The position numbers and the translations under genes are program-made. The notes below the pieces were generated by a model. It was given only the letters and a program-made list of their open reading frames with translations, searched no databases and was not told the DNA's origin. Below are positions 26,235 to 36,994 of a DNA stretch of 61,835 nt, one piece after another. This DNA comes from Verrucomicrobiota bacterium (GTDB lineage Bacteria; Verrucomicrobiota; Verrucomicrobiia; Verrucomicrobiales; DEV007): the NCBI GenBank assembly GCA_045046875.1, contig JASFYY010000009.1, forward strand, positions 1-61,835. The letters run 5' to 3'. Within the stretch, counting starts at the first letter, position 1. Every line of letters begins with the position of its first letter.

Positions 26235-27551
26235 CTATAGGGATTCCACTCGCATCAGGATGGGTTCATCTTGGATGCAGTCGAGTTGGGCAATTTGCGC
26301 GACGGCTTTTTTCATCGTGCCGAAGGGGGCAAAGTAGAGCATGAGAAAAATCGAGGCGGCTCCGTCGCAGTGCTCTTCGGGTTGGATCATGGAAGAGATG
26401 CCGATTTGGTGTTCACCAAGAATGCCGGCGATTTGGGCGATCACACCGGGCTGGTCGGCTACGCTCAGACGCAGGTAATATTGCGAAGTGCTTTGATCCA
26501 CTGGTAACGGTTGGCCATAAAGTCCGTGCGGCACAAATCCGGTGCGGCTGGCGGCAGACCCGTTGAGGTGGGCGGCGGCATCGGCGAGGTCACTGATGAC
26601 CGAACTGGAGGTTGGATCCTGGCCGGCGCCGGATCCGTAAAACAAGGTTTCGCCGACGATGTCGCCACGGACAAAAATCGCATTAAAGACCCCATCCACC
26701 GAAGCGAGGATGTGTGATTTGGGGATCAGAGATGGCTGTACCCGGACTTCGATGTTGCCCGAATCGGGATCGAGTCGAATGATGGCGAGCAGCTTGATGA
26801 CGTAACCGAGATCGCGCGCGACGTGGATGTCTGCCAGGGAAATTTTTTCTATGCCTTCGACAAAAATATCTTCACTGCGCACCCATGATCCGTAGGACAA
26901 AGAGGCGAGGATGATGGCTTTGTGAGCTGCGTCCCAGCCGTTGACATCAAGCGCGGGATCGGCTTCGGCATAACCGAGTTGTTGGGCTTCTTCTAGGGCT
27001 TCTTCGTATCCCAGTCCGGCATCGCTCATGCGGCCGAGGATGTAGTTACTGGTGCCGTTGATGATGCCAGCCATCGATTCGATGTTGTTGCCGACCAATG
27101 ATTCCTGCACCGTTTTGATGATTGGGATACCGCCGGCGACGGCGGCTTCGAAGTAGATGGGAGTTTTTTCACGGTCGGCGATGGCGAACAGTTCTTTGCC
27201 GTGTTCGGCGAGCAGGGCCTTGTTGCCGGTGACCACGGCTTTGCCGTTCTCCAAGGCAGCTTTGACCAGTTCGAACGCGCGTTCTGTTCCGCCGATCAGT
27301 TCGACCACGATGTCGATTTCTTCGTCACGAATAAGGTCGTCGAGATCAGTGCTGACCCGTTCGCCGGGCAGGTTGATCTCGCGTTTTTTGTCGAGATCGC
27401 GGACGACGATGCGGTGGACGAGCAGCTCTTTGCCGGTGCGTTCACGCAATAGCTGGCCGTTTTTGAGTAAATTTTTATAAACACCAGCGCCGACATTGCC
27501 GAAGCCAGCCAGCCCAATTTTGAGTGCGTTGTTGGTATTTGAATCGGCCAT
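26235..27551 (-). CDS. hom: Homoserine dehydrogenase with ACT domain
   Basis: GFGNVG, EAAVAGGIP, NGTSNYIL, GYAEADP..DV.G.DAAHK. Confidence 0.96.
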   Translation of the reverse strand: MADSNTNNALKIGLAGFGNVGAGVYKNLLKNGQLLRERTGKELLVHRIVVRDLDKKREINLPGERVSTDLDDLIRDEEIDIVVELIGGTERAFELVKAALENGKAVVTGNKALLAEHGKELFAIADREKTPIYFEAAVAGGIPIIKTVQESLVGNNIESMAGIINGTSNYILGRMSDAGLGYEEALEEAQQLGYAEADPALDVNGWDAAHKAIILASLSYGSWVRSEDIFVEGIEKISLADIHVARDLGYVIKLLAIIRLDPDSGNIEVRVQPSLIPKSHILASVDGVFNAIFVRGDIVGETLFYGSGAGQDPTSSSVISDLADAAAHLNGSAASRTGFVPHGLYGQPLPVDQSTSQYYLRLSVADQPGVIAQIAGILGEHQIGISSMIQPEEHCDGAASIFLMLYFAPFGTMKKAVAQIAQLDCIQDEPILMRVESL

Positions 27552-27631
27552 GATGAGGCTTTGATCAGAGTGAATGGGTGACCACTATGGCGGGGGAGTA
27601 ATCGCGGTGCAAGCGCGGATATGAGGTCAAA

Positions 27632-28372
27632 TCACTCTTCTGTGTCATCGTCTTCCGACAATACCGCCTCGCGACCGTAGAACTTCACTTTGCGCTGGAT
27701 TTTTTCGCGCCCTTTGGAGACTCGCCAATCATTGGTGTCGCGCAAGCTGAAGACGCAGCCGCAGTATTCTTGTTGATAGAATTCTTCGTTTTTGGAGATT
27801 TCGATCATGCGCTGGCTACCGCCTTGTTTACGCCAGTTGAAGGTCCAGTATTGCATTCCGGGGAAGCGGGCGGCGGATCGTTGGCCGCAGCCGTTGATCT
27901 GGTCCATGTCTTTCCAGCGTGATATGCCCAAAGTGGAGGAGATCAAATTGAACCCATGGGCGGCGGCATAAGCGGCAGTGCGCTCGAAGCGCATGTCAAA
28001 ACAAGCGGTGCAGCGCGAGCCGCGTTCGGGTTCGTTTTCGAGACCCTCTACCCGGTCAAACCAGTTTTTAGCATCGTAATCGCCATCGACAAAGTCCATG
28101 CCGAGTTTTTGTGCGTAGCGGATGTTTTCCTCTTTGCGGATGTTGTATTCGTCGCGCGGATGAATGTTGGGGTTGTAAAAATAGATCGTGGTTTCGATGC
28201 CTGATGCGGCCAGGGCGTCCATGACTTCCGAAGCACAGGGGGCGCAGCAGGAGTGCATCAGGACTTTTTCTGCGCCGTTGGGAGTATCCAGCACTGGGCG
28301 CTGATAGTTTTCCACCGAAAAACGATCCATCGGATTGCCGGATTGTTTGGCAGCTGAGTCGGGTGTGCTCAT
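27632..28372 (-). CDS. queH: Epoxyqueuosine reductase QueH (DUF208)
   Basis: [32 protein letters not shown]. Confidence 0.93.
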   Translation of the reverse strand: MSTPDSAAKQSGNPMDRFSVENYQRPVLDTPNGAEKVLMHSCCAPCASEVMDALAASGIETTIYFYNPNIHPRDEYNIRKEENIRYAQKLGMDFVDGDYDAKNWFDRVEGLENEPERGSRCTACFDMRFERTAAYAAAHGFNLISSTLGISRWKDMDQINGCGQRSAARFPGMQYWTFNWRKQGGSQRMIEISKNEEFYQQEYCGCVFSLRDTNDWRVSKGREKIQRKVKFYGREAVLSEDDDTEE

Positions 28373-28570
28373 TGATTATGATTCAGTTTGGCATCCAATT
28401 GCTCAAGCGTGAGCCATTTTTTTTGGATCGTTATCATCTATTTTAGCGGTTAAGGTTTGCAGATATTTTCCATCCTCCTTGAGCTGGAGGCTGACCATGT
28501 ATCCCATGAGTTGTCTGCGATCTTCTGGAGCCAATGCTTCCACCTTTTTCTTTAAGGATGTTGCGATCAT
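28369..28570 (-). pseudogene. Small gene (66 aa if repaired) frameshifted in an A8 tract
   Basis: As sequenced, 55 aa ending ...IDDNDPKKMAHA*. Removing one A (T8 at 28417-28424) gives ...[19 protein letters not shown], whose TGA overlaps the queH ATG. Confidence 0.6.
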
Positions 28571-28698
28571 AAACTCATATTTGTCCAGAAAATGAAAAAA
28601 TTCAAGATAACTTTTGGAACTACGAAGCTATTACAATAGTAGATTACTGGTGTATTTGAGTTGAAACGGGCAACGTGACAGTGTTGGTTAATAACATA

Positions 28699-28728
28699 TT
28701 GACGAATCATGATTTACGTATGTATTGT
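28699..28728 (+). promoter_or_regulatory. Putative metE promoter with palindrome in the spacer
   Basis: TTGACG-18 bp-TATTGT ending 7 nt before ATG 28736; perfect palindrome AATCATGATT at 28705-28714. Confidence 0.5.
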
Positions 28729-28735
28729 GACTTCA

Positions 28736-31096
28736 ATGAAAATTACTACATTAAATTTGGGCTACCCGCGCATTGGACGGAAACGCGAATTGAAAAAATC
28801 GATCGAGTCTTATTGGAAAGGGCGCTTGTCGAAAGATGAACTGGATGAGTTGGCAGCATCGTTGAGGAAACGTCATTGGCTGGAGCAAAAGGACGCGGGC
28901 ATTGATTGGATTCCGAGCAATGATTTTTCATATTATGACCAGATGCTCGATGCGGTGTTGTCTTACGGAGCGATTCCTGCGAGATTTCAAGCATGCGACT
29001 TTGCCAATGATTTGGATTTGTATTTTGCGATGGCTCGTGGAGTGGCGGCGGAAGAAAATCATGCGGAGCATGAGAGCTGTGCTTGCGGCGAATCAACCAC
29101 GGCGATGGAAATGACCAAATGGTATGATACCAACTACCATTATTTGGTTCCTGAATTTGATCAAAATACCCGTTTCAGCCTGCGTGAAAATAAAGCCCTG
29201 GAAGAGTATGAAGAGGCCAAGGCGCTGGGCTTGGAAACGATGCCTGTTCTGATCGGTCCGCTGACTTTTTTGCTGTTGGGCAAAGTGGTAGGACAGCAAG
29301 ATTTTGATGTGCTGGATGAGTTGTTGGATCCTTTGTTGGAGGTATTGTGCAAGCAAGTAAGTTCCCTGGTGAAAGCGGGAGCACGCACGATTGCTTTTCA
29401 CGAACCGCAATTGGTGATGGACTTGCCCAAGGGAGCTGATGCGGCCTATCAAAAGGGTTATCAAAAAATTCGTGAAGCGGTCAGCAATGCGAGCCCGCAG
29501 GGTGAGCCTACCCAGCTGGTTTTGCTGACTTATTTTGATTCATTACGCGATAACGAACGCTTGGCTTTGTCGCTGCCGGTGGATGTGGTTCATTTGGATT
29601 TGGTGCGCGCTCCGGGTCAGATTGACTGGGTGCTTTCGCATGTGCCGGAGGACAAGATCATTTCCCTGGGAGTGGTGGATGGTCGAAATATCTGGAAAAA
29701 TAACTTCAAAAAATCGATCGCGGTGGTGAAACGCGCAGTGGAATATTTGGGCACTGAGCGAGTTTGGGTAGCGCCGTCCTGTTCCTTACAGCATGTTCCG
29801 ATGGATCTTGATTTGGAAACGAAATTGGATGGCGAATTGATGGATTGGCTGGCTTTTGCCAAACAGAAACTGGATGAAGTTCAAGTGATTGCGGTAGCGG
29901 CTAGCCCGGAAGGGGAGGAATTGGTGGCGGCAGCAGTGGAGGTCAATCATATTTCATGGGAAAAGCGGACGGAGAGCAAACGTATTCACAATACTGCCGT
30001 GCAAGAGCGCTTAAAAGCGATTGGACCTGAAGACTGGCAACGCACTACGCCCTACCTTGAGCGTTTTAAAATCCAGCAGGAAAAGTTAGCTTTGCCATTG
30101 TATCCAACCACCACTATCGGCTCTTTGCCACAGACGTCGGATGTGCGTAAAGCACGATCAGAGCGACGCAAGGGGACGATCAGTGAATCTGAATACGATG
30201 TTTTTCTGGAAGAGAAAACGCTGGAGTCGATTCGGTGGCAGGAGGAAATCGGAGTGGATGTTCTGGTGCATGGAGAATTTGAACGTAACGACATGGTCGA
30301 GTATTTTGGTGAAGAGCTGGAAGGTTTTGCCTTTTCAAGTTTTGGCTGGGTGCAGAGCTATGGAACCCGCTGTGTGAAACCACCGATTATTTTTGGTGAT
30401 GTCAGTCGCCCCGAGGCGATGACGGTGAAGTGGACCAAGTTTGCCAAAGATAGCACCAAGCTTCCGGTGAAAGGAATGCTGACGGGGCCGATCACTATTT
30501 TGCAGTGGAGTTTTGTGCGTGATGATCAAGCACGAAAAGATACTGCTTGGCAGATTGCCCTGGCGATTCGCGACGAGGTCAATGATCTAGAGGCGGCAGG
30601 CATCGATGTGATCCAGATCGACGAACCGGCATTGCGCGAGGGCCTGCCACTGCGGAAAAATAACTGGCCACTGTATCTCGACTGGGCGACCAAGGCGTTT
30701 AGAATCTCGGCATCCGGGGTGGACGATGCGACCCAGATTCATACCCACATGTGTTACTGTGAGTTTAATGACATCATTGATTCGATTGCCTCGCTGGATG
30801 CGGATGTGATCTCGATGGAGGCCTCGCGTTCTCAGATGGAATTACTGGAAGCTTTCCGCGATTTTGAATACCCAAATGGGATTGGGCCGGGTGTATGGGA
30901 TATTCATAGTCCACGGGTTCCGGATGAAGCCGAGATGGTGTCTTTGCTGGAAAAGGCTTCGAAATTGTTGCCGAAGGAAGCGATTTGGGTTAACCCTGAT
31001 TGTGGACTCAAAACGCGCGACTGGCCGGAGACCAAAGCAAGTATGGTGAACATGGTCAATGCGGCGCGCAAATTGCGTGAGAAAAACCCTGCTTGA
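28736..31096 (+). CDS. metE: Cobalamin-independent methionine synthase
   Basis: LGYPRIG..RELK, EMTKWYDTNYHY, PTTTIGS, HGEFERNDMV, IHTHMCY, WVNPDCGLKTR. Confidence 0.98.
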   Translation: MKITTLNLGYPRIGRKRELKKSIESYWKGRLSKDELDELAASLRKRHWLEQKDAGIDWIPSNDFSYYDQMLDAVLSYGAIPARFQACDFANDLDLYFAMARGVAAEENHAEHESCACGESTTAMEMTKWYDTNYHYLVPEFDQNTRFSLRENKALEEYEEAKALGLETMPVLIGPLTFLLLGKVVGQQDFDVLDELLDPLLEVLCKQVSSLVKAGARTIAFHEPQLVMDLPKGADAAYQKGYQKIREAVSNASPQGEPTQLVLLTYFDSLRDNERLALSLPVDVVHLDLVRAPGQIDWVLSHVPEDKIISLGVVDGRNIWKNNFKKSIAVVKRAVEYLGTERVWVAPSCSLQHVPMDLDLETKLDGELMDWLAFAKQKLDEVQVIAVAASPEGEELVAAAVEVNHISWEKRTESKRIHNTAVQERLKAIGPEDWQRTTPYLERFKIQQEKLALPLYPTTTIGSLPQTSDVRKARSERRKGTISESEYDVFLEEKTLESIRWQEEIGVDVLVHGEFERNDMVEYFGEELEGFAFSSFGWVQSYGTRCVKPPIIFGDVSRPEAMTVKWTKFAKDSTKLPVKGMLTGPITILQWSFVRDDQARKDTAWQIALAIRDEVNDLEAAGIDVIQIDEPALREGLPLRKNNWPLYLDWATKAFRISASGVDDATQIHTHMCYCEFNDIIDSIASLDADVISMEASRSQMELLEAFRDFEYPNGIGPGVWDIHSPRVPDEAEMVSLLEKASKLLPKEAIWVNPDCGLKTRDWPETKASMVNMVNAARKLREKNPA

Positions 31097-31190
31097 TAGA
31101 GGATGAATCGCCTCTCCTTAAAAGTTGCTACTGCAAAGCCTGAGGAGAGGTGCCGTAGATGGCAGGTGCTATTTTTGCGGAAGGTGGCTA

Positions 31191-31225
31191 CAAAAAAAGG
31201 ATCGCATGGCTGCGATCCTTTTTTG
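31191..31225. terminator. Bidirectional terminator between metE and tpiA
   Basis: AAAAAAAGGATCGCA-tggc-TGCGATCCTTTTTT. Confidence 0.85.
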
Positions 31226-31263
31226 TTCTGCATGATTTATGCAGAAGGCCCTTAGCGCTGAGA

Positions 31264-32064
<801 letters not shown>

Positions 32065-32093
32065 AAGTGTGAGGAGCCGTGGTTATCTATTTG

Positions 32094-33311
32094 CTATTTG
32101 TCTGAGAGAGATGCGATGCCGGGCAGGGTTTTGCCTTCCAGCAGTTCAAGGGAAGCGCCGCCGCCAGTTGAAATGAAAGTCATTTGATCAGCGAGTCCGT
32201 ATTTGTTCACTGCGGTGACGGAATCACCGCCGCCGATGATAGTCACCGCGTCGGATTTGGCCATCGCTTGTGCGATGGCTTGGGTTCCCTTGGAAAATTT
32301 ATCAATTTCAAAAACGCCCATCGGGCCGTTCCAGATGACGGTGCCGGCAGTGGCGATGACTTTGGAGAATTCTTCGACCGCTTCCGGGCCGATGTCGAGG
32401 CCTTCCCATTCTTCGTCGATGCCGCCAGTGCCACCGGAATAAACGTCGGTGTATTTCACATTGGCATCTTCGCCAAAGGCGTCGGCTTGCAGGTTGTCGG
32501 CGGGCAAAAGGAATTGGGTGTTTTTTTCCTTGGCTTGTTTGAGGATGTCTAGCGCGAGATCGAGTTTGTCGTCTTCGCAGATACTCTTGCCGATGGTATA
32601 ACCTTGCGCTTTGCGGAAAGTGTAGGCCATGCCGCCGCCGATGATGAATGAATCAGCTTTGTCGAGCAGGGCGGTGATGACTTGGATTTTGTCAGAGACT
32701 TTAGCGCCTCCCATGATGACAACAAAAGGGCGTTTGGGTTCGCGCAGTTCGTCTTGCAAGTATTGCAACTCGCGTTCAACGAGAAAGCCCATCGCGCAGG
32801 TGTCGATGTAGGCCGTCACGCCTGCCGTGGATGCGTGGGCGCGGTGTGCGGTTCCAAAGGCATCATTAACAAAAACATCACCGTGAGCTGCAAGTTGGGC
32901 AGCAAATCCGGGATCGTTGGCGGTTTCTTCGTTATGATAACGGACGTTTTCCAACAGCAGGACTTGTCCGTTTTTCAGTTGAGCTACGGCGGCGGTTGCT
33001 TCGTCGCCGATGCAGTCCTTGGCAAAAGCTACTGGACTGCCGAGCAGTTCGCTCAGGCGTTCAGCTGCTGGTTGTAGAGAAAATTTGGCGTTGCGTTCGC
33101 CTTTGGGGCGTCCCAGATGGGACATCAAAATCACTCGTCCACTGTTTTTGATCAGGTGTTGAATGGAGGGCAGGGCGGCTTGGATACGGGTATCATCGGT
33201 GATGACTCGTTGTGATCCATCGTCAGAATCTTTTAATGGGACATTAAAGTCCACACGCATCAAAACGCGTTTTCCTTCAACGTTAAGTTCCTGAATAGTG
33301 AGCTTTGCCAT
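32094..33311 (-). CDS. pgk: Phosphoglycerate kinase
   Basis: RVDFNVP, SHLGRP, NDAFGTAHRAH, GGAKVSDK, STGGGASL. Confidence 0.98.
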   Translation of the reverse strand: MAKLTIQELNVEGKRVLMRVDFNVPLKDSDDGSQRVITDDTRIQAALPSIQHLIKNSGRVILMSHLGRPKGERNAKFSLQPAAERLSELLGSPVAFAKDCIGDEATAAVAQLKNGQVLLLENVRYHNEETANDPGFAAQLAAHGDVFVNDAFGTAHRAHASTAGVTAYIDTCAMGFLVERELQYLQDELREPKRPFVVIMGGAKVSDKIQVITALLDKADSFIIGGGMAYTFRKAQGYTIGKSICEDDKLDLALDILKQAKEKNTQFLLPADNLQADAFGEDANVKYTDVYSGGTGGIDEEWEGLDIGPEAVEEFSKVIATAGTVIWNGPMGVFEIDKFSKGTQAIAQAMAKSDAVTIIGGGDSVTAVNKYGLADQMTFISTGGGASLELLEGKTLPGIASLSDK

Positions 33312-33349
33312 GTGCCGAGAGTCGGTCGTTTTCTAATTGTGGTGTTTTG

Positions 33350-33387
33350 AAAAGAAACCCGTCAGAACGCAGGGCATTCTGACGGGT
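33350..33387 (-). terminator. Intra-operon terminator/stabilising hairpin between gap and pgk
   Basis: 11-bp stem ACCCGTCAGAA / TTCTGACGGGT followed by a U-rich run on the minus strand. Confidence 0.65.
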
Positions 33388-33405
33388 GTATAAACTTACT
33401 GCGTT

Positions 33406-34407
33406 TTACAGACTGCTGCCAAGCAGAGCCATGGCTTCGCCGGCGCGGTTGCTGTAACCCCACTCATTGTCATACCAGCCAACCACTTTCACAAAAGTGC
33501 CGTCGGTAACCATGGTGAGCTCGGAGTCAAGAATACAAGAGTGGGGATTGCCCACGATATCTTTCAAGACCAATGGATCGGTGCTGAATTGGAAGATGCC
33601 TTTCATCGGACCTTCAGCCGCTTCCTGGTATTTTTCGTTGATTTCCTCGACGCTGGTCGATTTGGACAACACGGCAGTGAAGTCGGTAACCGATCCGGTT
33701 GGAGTCGGCACGCGGAAAGCTCCGCCGCTCAATTTGCCGAGCAGTGAAGGGATCACAAGGCCGATAGCTTTAGCAGCACCGGTGGATGATGGGATGATAT
33801 TTTCTGCAGCTGCACGCGCACGACGTAAGTCGGGGTGTGGCAGGTCGAGCAAATTCTGGTCACTGGTGTAACTGTGGATGGTGCTCATGAAACCACGCTC
33901 GATGGTGAAGTTGTCGTTCAAGACTTTGGCCATGGGAGCCAGACAGTTGGTGGTGCAACTGGCGTTGGAAACGATGTGGTGGTTTTCTGGCTCGTAAATT
34001 TCGTCGTTGATGCCGAGACAGATGGTGGCGTCGGGATCTTTGGCTGGAGCCGAGATCAAAACTTTTTTCGCTCCTGCGCTGATGTGTTTTCCAGCACCTT
34101 CACGGTCGATGAAAAAACCAGTCGATTCGAGCACCACGTCCACTTCGAGTTCTTTCCATGGCAGTTGTGCCGGGTCGCGTTGTTCCGAAACGGCGATGCG
34201 GTGTCCGTTTACGGTGATCGACTCGTCATCATACTCAACAGTTCCGGAGAACGGGCCTGCGGTGGAATCCCAGCGCAGCATGTGAGCGAGTGTTTTGTTG
34301 TCGGTCAGGTCGTTGATAGCGACGACTTTTTTCAGTTCGTCTGCTGACATTGCGCGCAGTACATTGCGCCCGATCCGTCCAAATCCGTTGATTGCGTAAT
34401 TAGCCAT
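33406..34407 (-). CDS. gap: Type I glyceraldehyde-3-phosphate dehydrogenase
   Basis: INGFGRIGR, SNASCTTNCL, STGAAKA, WYDNEWGY. Confidence 0.98.
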   Translation of the reverse strand: MANYAINGFGRIGRNVLRAMSADELKKVVAINDLTDNKTLAHMLRWDSTAGPFSGTVEYDDESITVNGHRIAVSEQRDPAQLPWKELEVDVVLESTGFFIDREGAGKHISAGAKKVLISAPAKDPDATICLGINDEIYEPENHHIVSNASCTTNCLAPMAKVLNDNFTIERGFMSTIHSYTSDQNLLDLPHPDLRRARAAAENIIPSSTGAAKAIGLVIPSLLGKLSGGAFRVPTPTGSVTDFTAVLSKSTSVEEINEKYQEAAEGPMKGIFQFSTDPLVLKDIVGNPHSCILDSELTMVTDGTFVKVVGWYDNEWGYSNRAGEAMALLGSSL

Positions 34408-34664
34408 GTGTATGATGTTTCGTATTCTTGTGTCGTCAGTTTGCTCTCAAGTGTTGAACCAGCAGGCTTTGAGGCCGTTTAGGTTCGAATTGCCAGGACG
34501 TTTTTGCAGTCCAAGACAGAGCGGCGCTAATTAAGCAATCTTAGGGCTAGCCGTCAACTACGATGATTGTGAAAAATGCGTTACACAGGAAGAACGCTTT
34601 TCATCCGTTTTTATTGGAAATTATGGGTTTAATGGTATCTCTAAAGGTGAGGGCTTGTAACATG

Positions 34665-34704
34665 AAAAGGCGAAGGCAGATTGCTGACAATCCACCTTCG
34701 CCTT
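34665..34704 (-). terminator. Terminator after ftsH
   Basis: AAGGCGAAGG..GATTG / CAATC..CCTTCGCCTT stem with a short U-run on the minus strand. Confidence 0.65.
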
Positions 34705-34723
34705 AATTAGTGAGCTTTATATG

Positions 34724-36790
34724 CTACGCCCCCGCAGGAGCCAAATCGCCTGGCAGTTCGTCTTCATCACTGCTTTTGGATTTTTCTTCGTCCTTGTCAG
34801 TTGATTTAGGTGCTTCCGTAGGCACTTCGGGAGGCTTGGGGCTGGCGGGTGGGTTTTGCATTTCACCGTGATCCATGATGTCTTGAACGTGCTTGCCGTC
34901 GAGGGTTTCGTATTCGAGCAGGCCTTGGGCGATCAATTCTAACTGCTCACGATTGGCGAGGATCAACTTCATCGCTCGATCATAGGCGGTGTCGATCAGA
35001 CGTTTGACTTCAACGTCGATTTTCTGCGCGGTGGCCTCGCTGTAATCGCGAGTGCTGTTGCCCATATCCCTTGCGAGGAACAGGTGTTCGTTGTGACTGC
35101 CGTATTCGACCATGCCGAGCTCTTCGCTCATGCCCCATTCGCAGACCATTTTGCGAGCGATGTTGGTGGCTTGTTGGATATCACCACTTGCGCCGGCGGT
35201 GACATTGCCAAATTGGATCTCTTCAGCGACTCGCCCCCCCATGATGACGACCAGGCGGTCGAGCAAAAAATGTTTACGCACGCTGAGTTGGTCGTCTTCG
35301 GGAAGATACATCGTCATACCCAGAGATGGGCCACGAGGAATGATGGTGACTTTATGAACCGGATCGGTGTGCTCAACCAACATGCCGAGAATCGCGTGTC
35401 CGGCTTCATGGTAAGCGGTATTTTCTTTTTCTTTTTCAGAAATAGCCATGCTGCGGCGTTCTTTGCCCCAGCGTACTTTGTCGCGTGCTTCTTCCAATTC
35501 GGCCAGCGTGACCGCTTTGAGATCCCTGCGCGCTGCCAGCAGGGCGGCTTCATTGATCACATTGGCGAGTTCGGCACCTGAGTAACCTGGCGTTCCGCGA
35601 GCAATGATGCCCATGTCCACGTCGGCGCTCATTTTCACTTTTTTGGCGTGCACCTTGAGGATTTCCTCACGGCCTTTGACGTCGGGCAGGTTGACGGTGA
35701 CTTCGCGGTCGAAGCGTCCCGGACGCAATAGCGCGGGGTCGAGCACGTCCGGACGGTTGGTGGCGGCGATGATGATGACACCTTCCTGGGTATCAAATCC
35801 ATCCATTTCCACCAGCAGGGCGTTCAGAGTCTGCTCGCGTTCGTCATGTCCACCGCCCATGCCGTGGCCACGGTGACGTCCGACGGCGTCGATTTCGTCG
35901 ATGAAAATAATGCAGGGTGCATTTTTTTTGCCCTGTTCGAACATGTCACGCACCCGTGAGGCACCCACACCGACAAACATTTCCACAAAATCGGAACCGC
36001 TGATGCTGAAAAACGGCACATCGGCCTCACCGGCGATCGCTCTCGCCAGCAGGGTTTTGCCGGTTCCCGGAGAACCCACCAAAAGCACACCTTTGGGGAT
36101 TTTACCGCCCAGACGTTGGAATTTTTTCGGGTCACGCAGGTATTCGACGATCTCCCAAACTTCCTCTTTTGCTTCTTCCGCGCCAGCGACGTCTTTGAAG
36201 GTGGTTTTGTTGGTATCCATCGCCATCAGTTTGGCTTTGCTTTTACCAAAGCCCATGGCTCCCTTGCCTGCCGCCCGCATTTGATGACGGAAAAGGAAAT
36301 AGAGCAGGAAGATCAGGATGAAAAGCGGCAGGAAAGTCAGCAGAATAGCTGCCATGGTATTGCTTTCAGGCTCGAATTTGTAGATCTCAATTTCGCGTTC
36401 TTTGAGCAAGCTTTTCAGCTCATCTTCGACATAGGCCAAATTGACTACGGTTTTGAATTGCTGGTATTTTTCGTCCGGGTCGACTTGTTCGGCAGGTTTC
36501 AGTTCGTACCAACCACGCAGGTATTCCTCGCGAGTGCCTTCCTTCTCAACCAAATAGAGGAATTTTTCTGCTTTTTCGTCGACGTGGACGCGATCTTCCT
36601 GCAACAGTTCTTTGAACTGTTTGTAGGGGATTTCCTGAATTCCCGAACCACTGCCTTTGCTCCAGATTGCCAGCCCGAACAGACCCAGCGCAGCGCTCAG
36701 CAGCAAAAAACCGCGCCAGTTGAAATTGGGCTCACCGCCAGTGCCTTTCGGATCTTTTTTCGGTGCTTTGTTGTCGTTTTCTTCGCTCAT
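34724..36790 (-). CDS. ftsH: ATP-dependent zinc metalloprotease FtsH
   Basis: Two TM helices, [28 protein letters not shown]. Confidence 0.98.
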   Translation of the reverse strand: MSEENDNKAPKKDPKGTGGEPNFNWRGFLLLSAALGLFGLAIWSKGSGSGIQEIPYKQFKELLQEDRVHVDEKAEKFLYLVEKEGTREEYLRGWYELKPAEQVDPDEKYQQFKTVVNLAYVEDELKSLLKEREIEIYKFEPESNTMAAILLTFLPLFILIFLLYFLFRHQMRAAGKGAMGFGKSKAKLMAMDTNKTTFKDVAGAEEAKEEVWEIVEYLRDPKKFQRLGGKIPKGVLLVGSPGTGKTLLARAIAGEADVPFFSISGSDFVEMFVGVGASRVRDMFEQGKKNAPCIIFIDEIDAVGRHRGHGMGGGHDEREQTLNALLVEMDGFDTQEGVIIIAATNRPDVLDPALLRPGRFDREVTVNLPDVKGREEILKVHAKKVKMSADVDMGIIARGTPGYSGAELANVINEAALLAARRDLKAVTLAELEEARDKVRWGKERRSMAISEKEKENTAYHEAGHAILGMLVEHTDPVHKVTIIPRGPSLGMTMYLPEDDQLSVRKHFLLDRLVVIMGGRVAEEIQFGNVTAGASGDIQQATNIARKMVCEWGMSEELGMVEYGSHNEHLFLARDMGNSTRDYSEATAQKIDVEVKRLIDTAYDRAMKLILANREQLELIAQGLLEYETLDGKHVQDIMDHGEMQNPPASPKPPEVPTEAPKSTDKDEEKSKSSDEDELPGDLAPAGA

Positions 36791-36994
36791 CCTGTTTTGT
36801 CAAAAATGTTTTTCAGCTGACCAATCTCCCTTGTAGGGTCTTTTTTCAGCGTATGGCCGTGCTCACGTCTGTGAAAGGGATAGTTTTAGGGCAAAAAGCC
36901 CAGACTGCACGGCTTAATTGGTAATATTTCGATTCGTTCTGTTTAGTGATCCAGAACAGGAGATGATACCACACCGCTCATTGCATTGCAATGG

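Noticed and set aside
28571..28735. Cobalamin or SAM riboswitch upstream of metE
   Set aside because: Short, AT-rich, no B12-box or SAM core recognised, and the promoter appears to abut the ATG.
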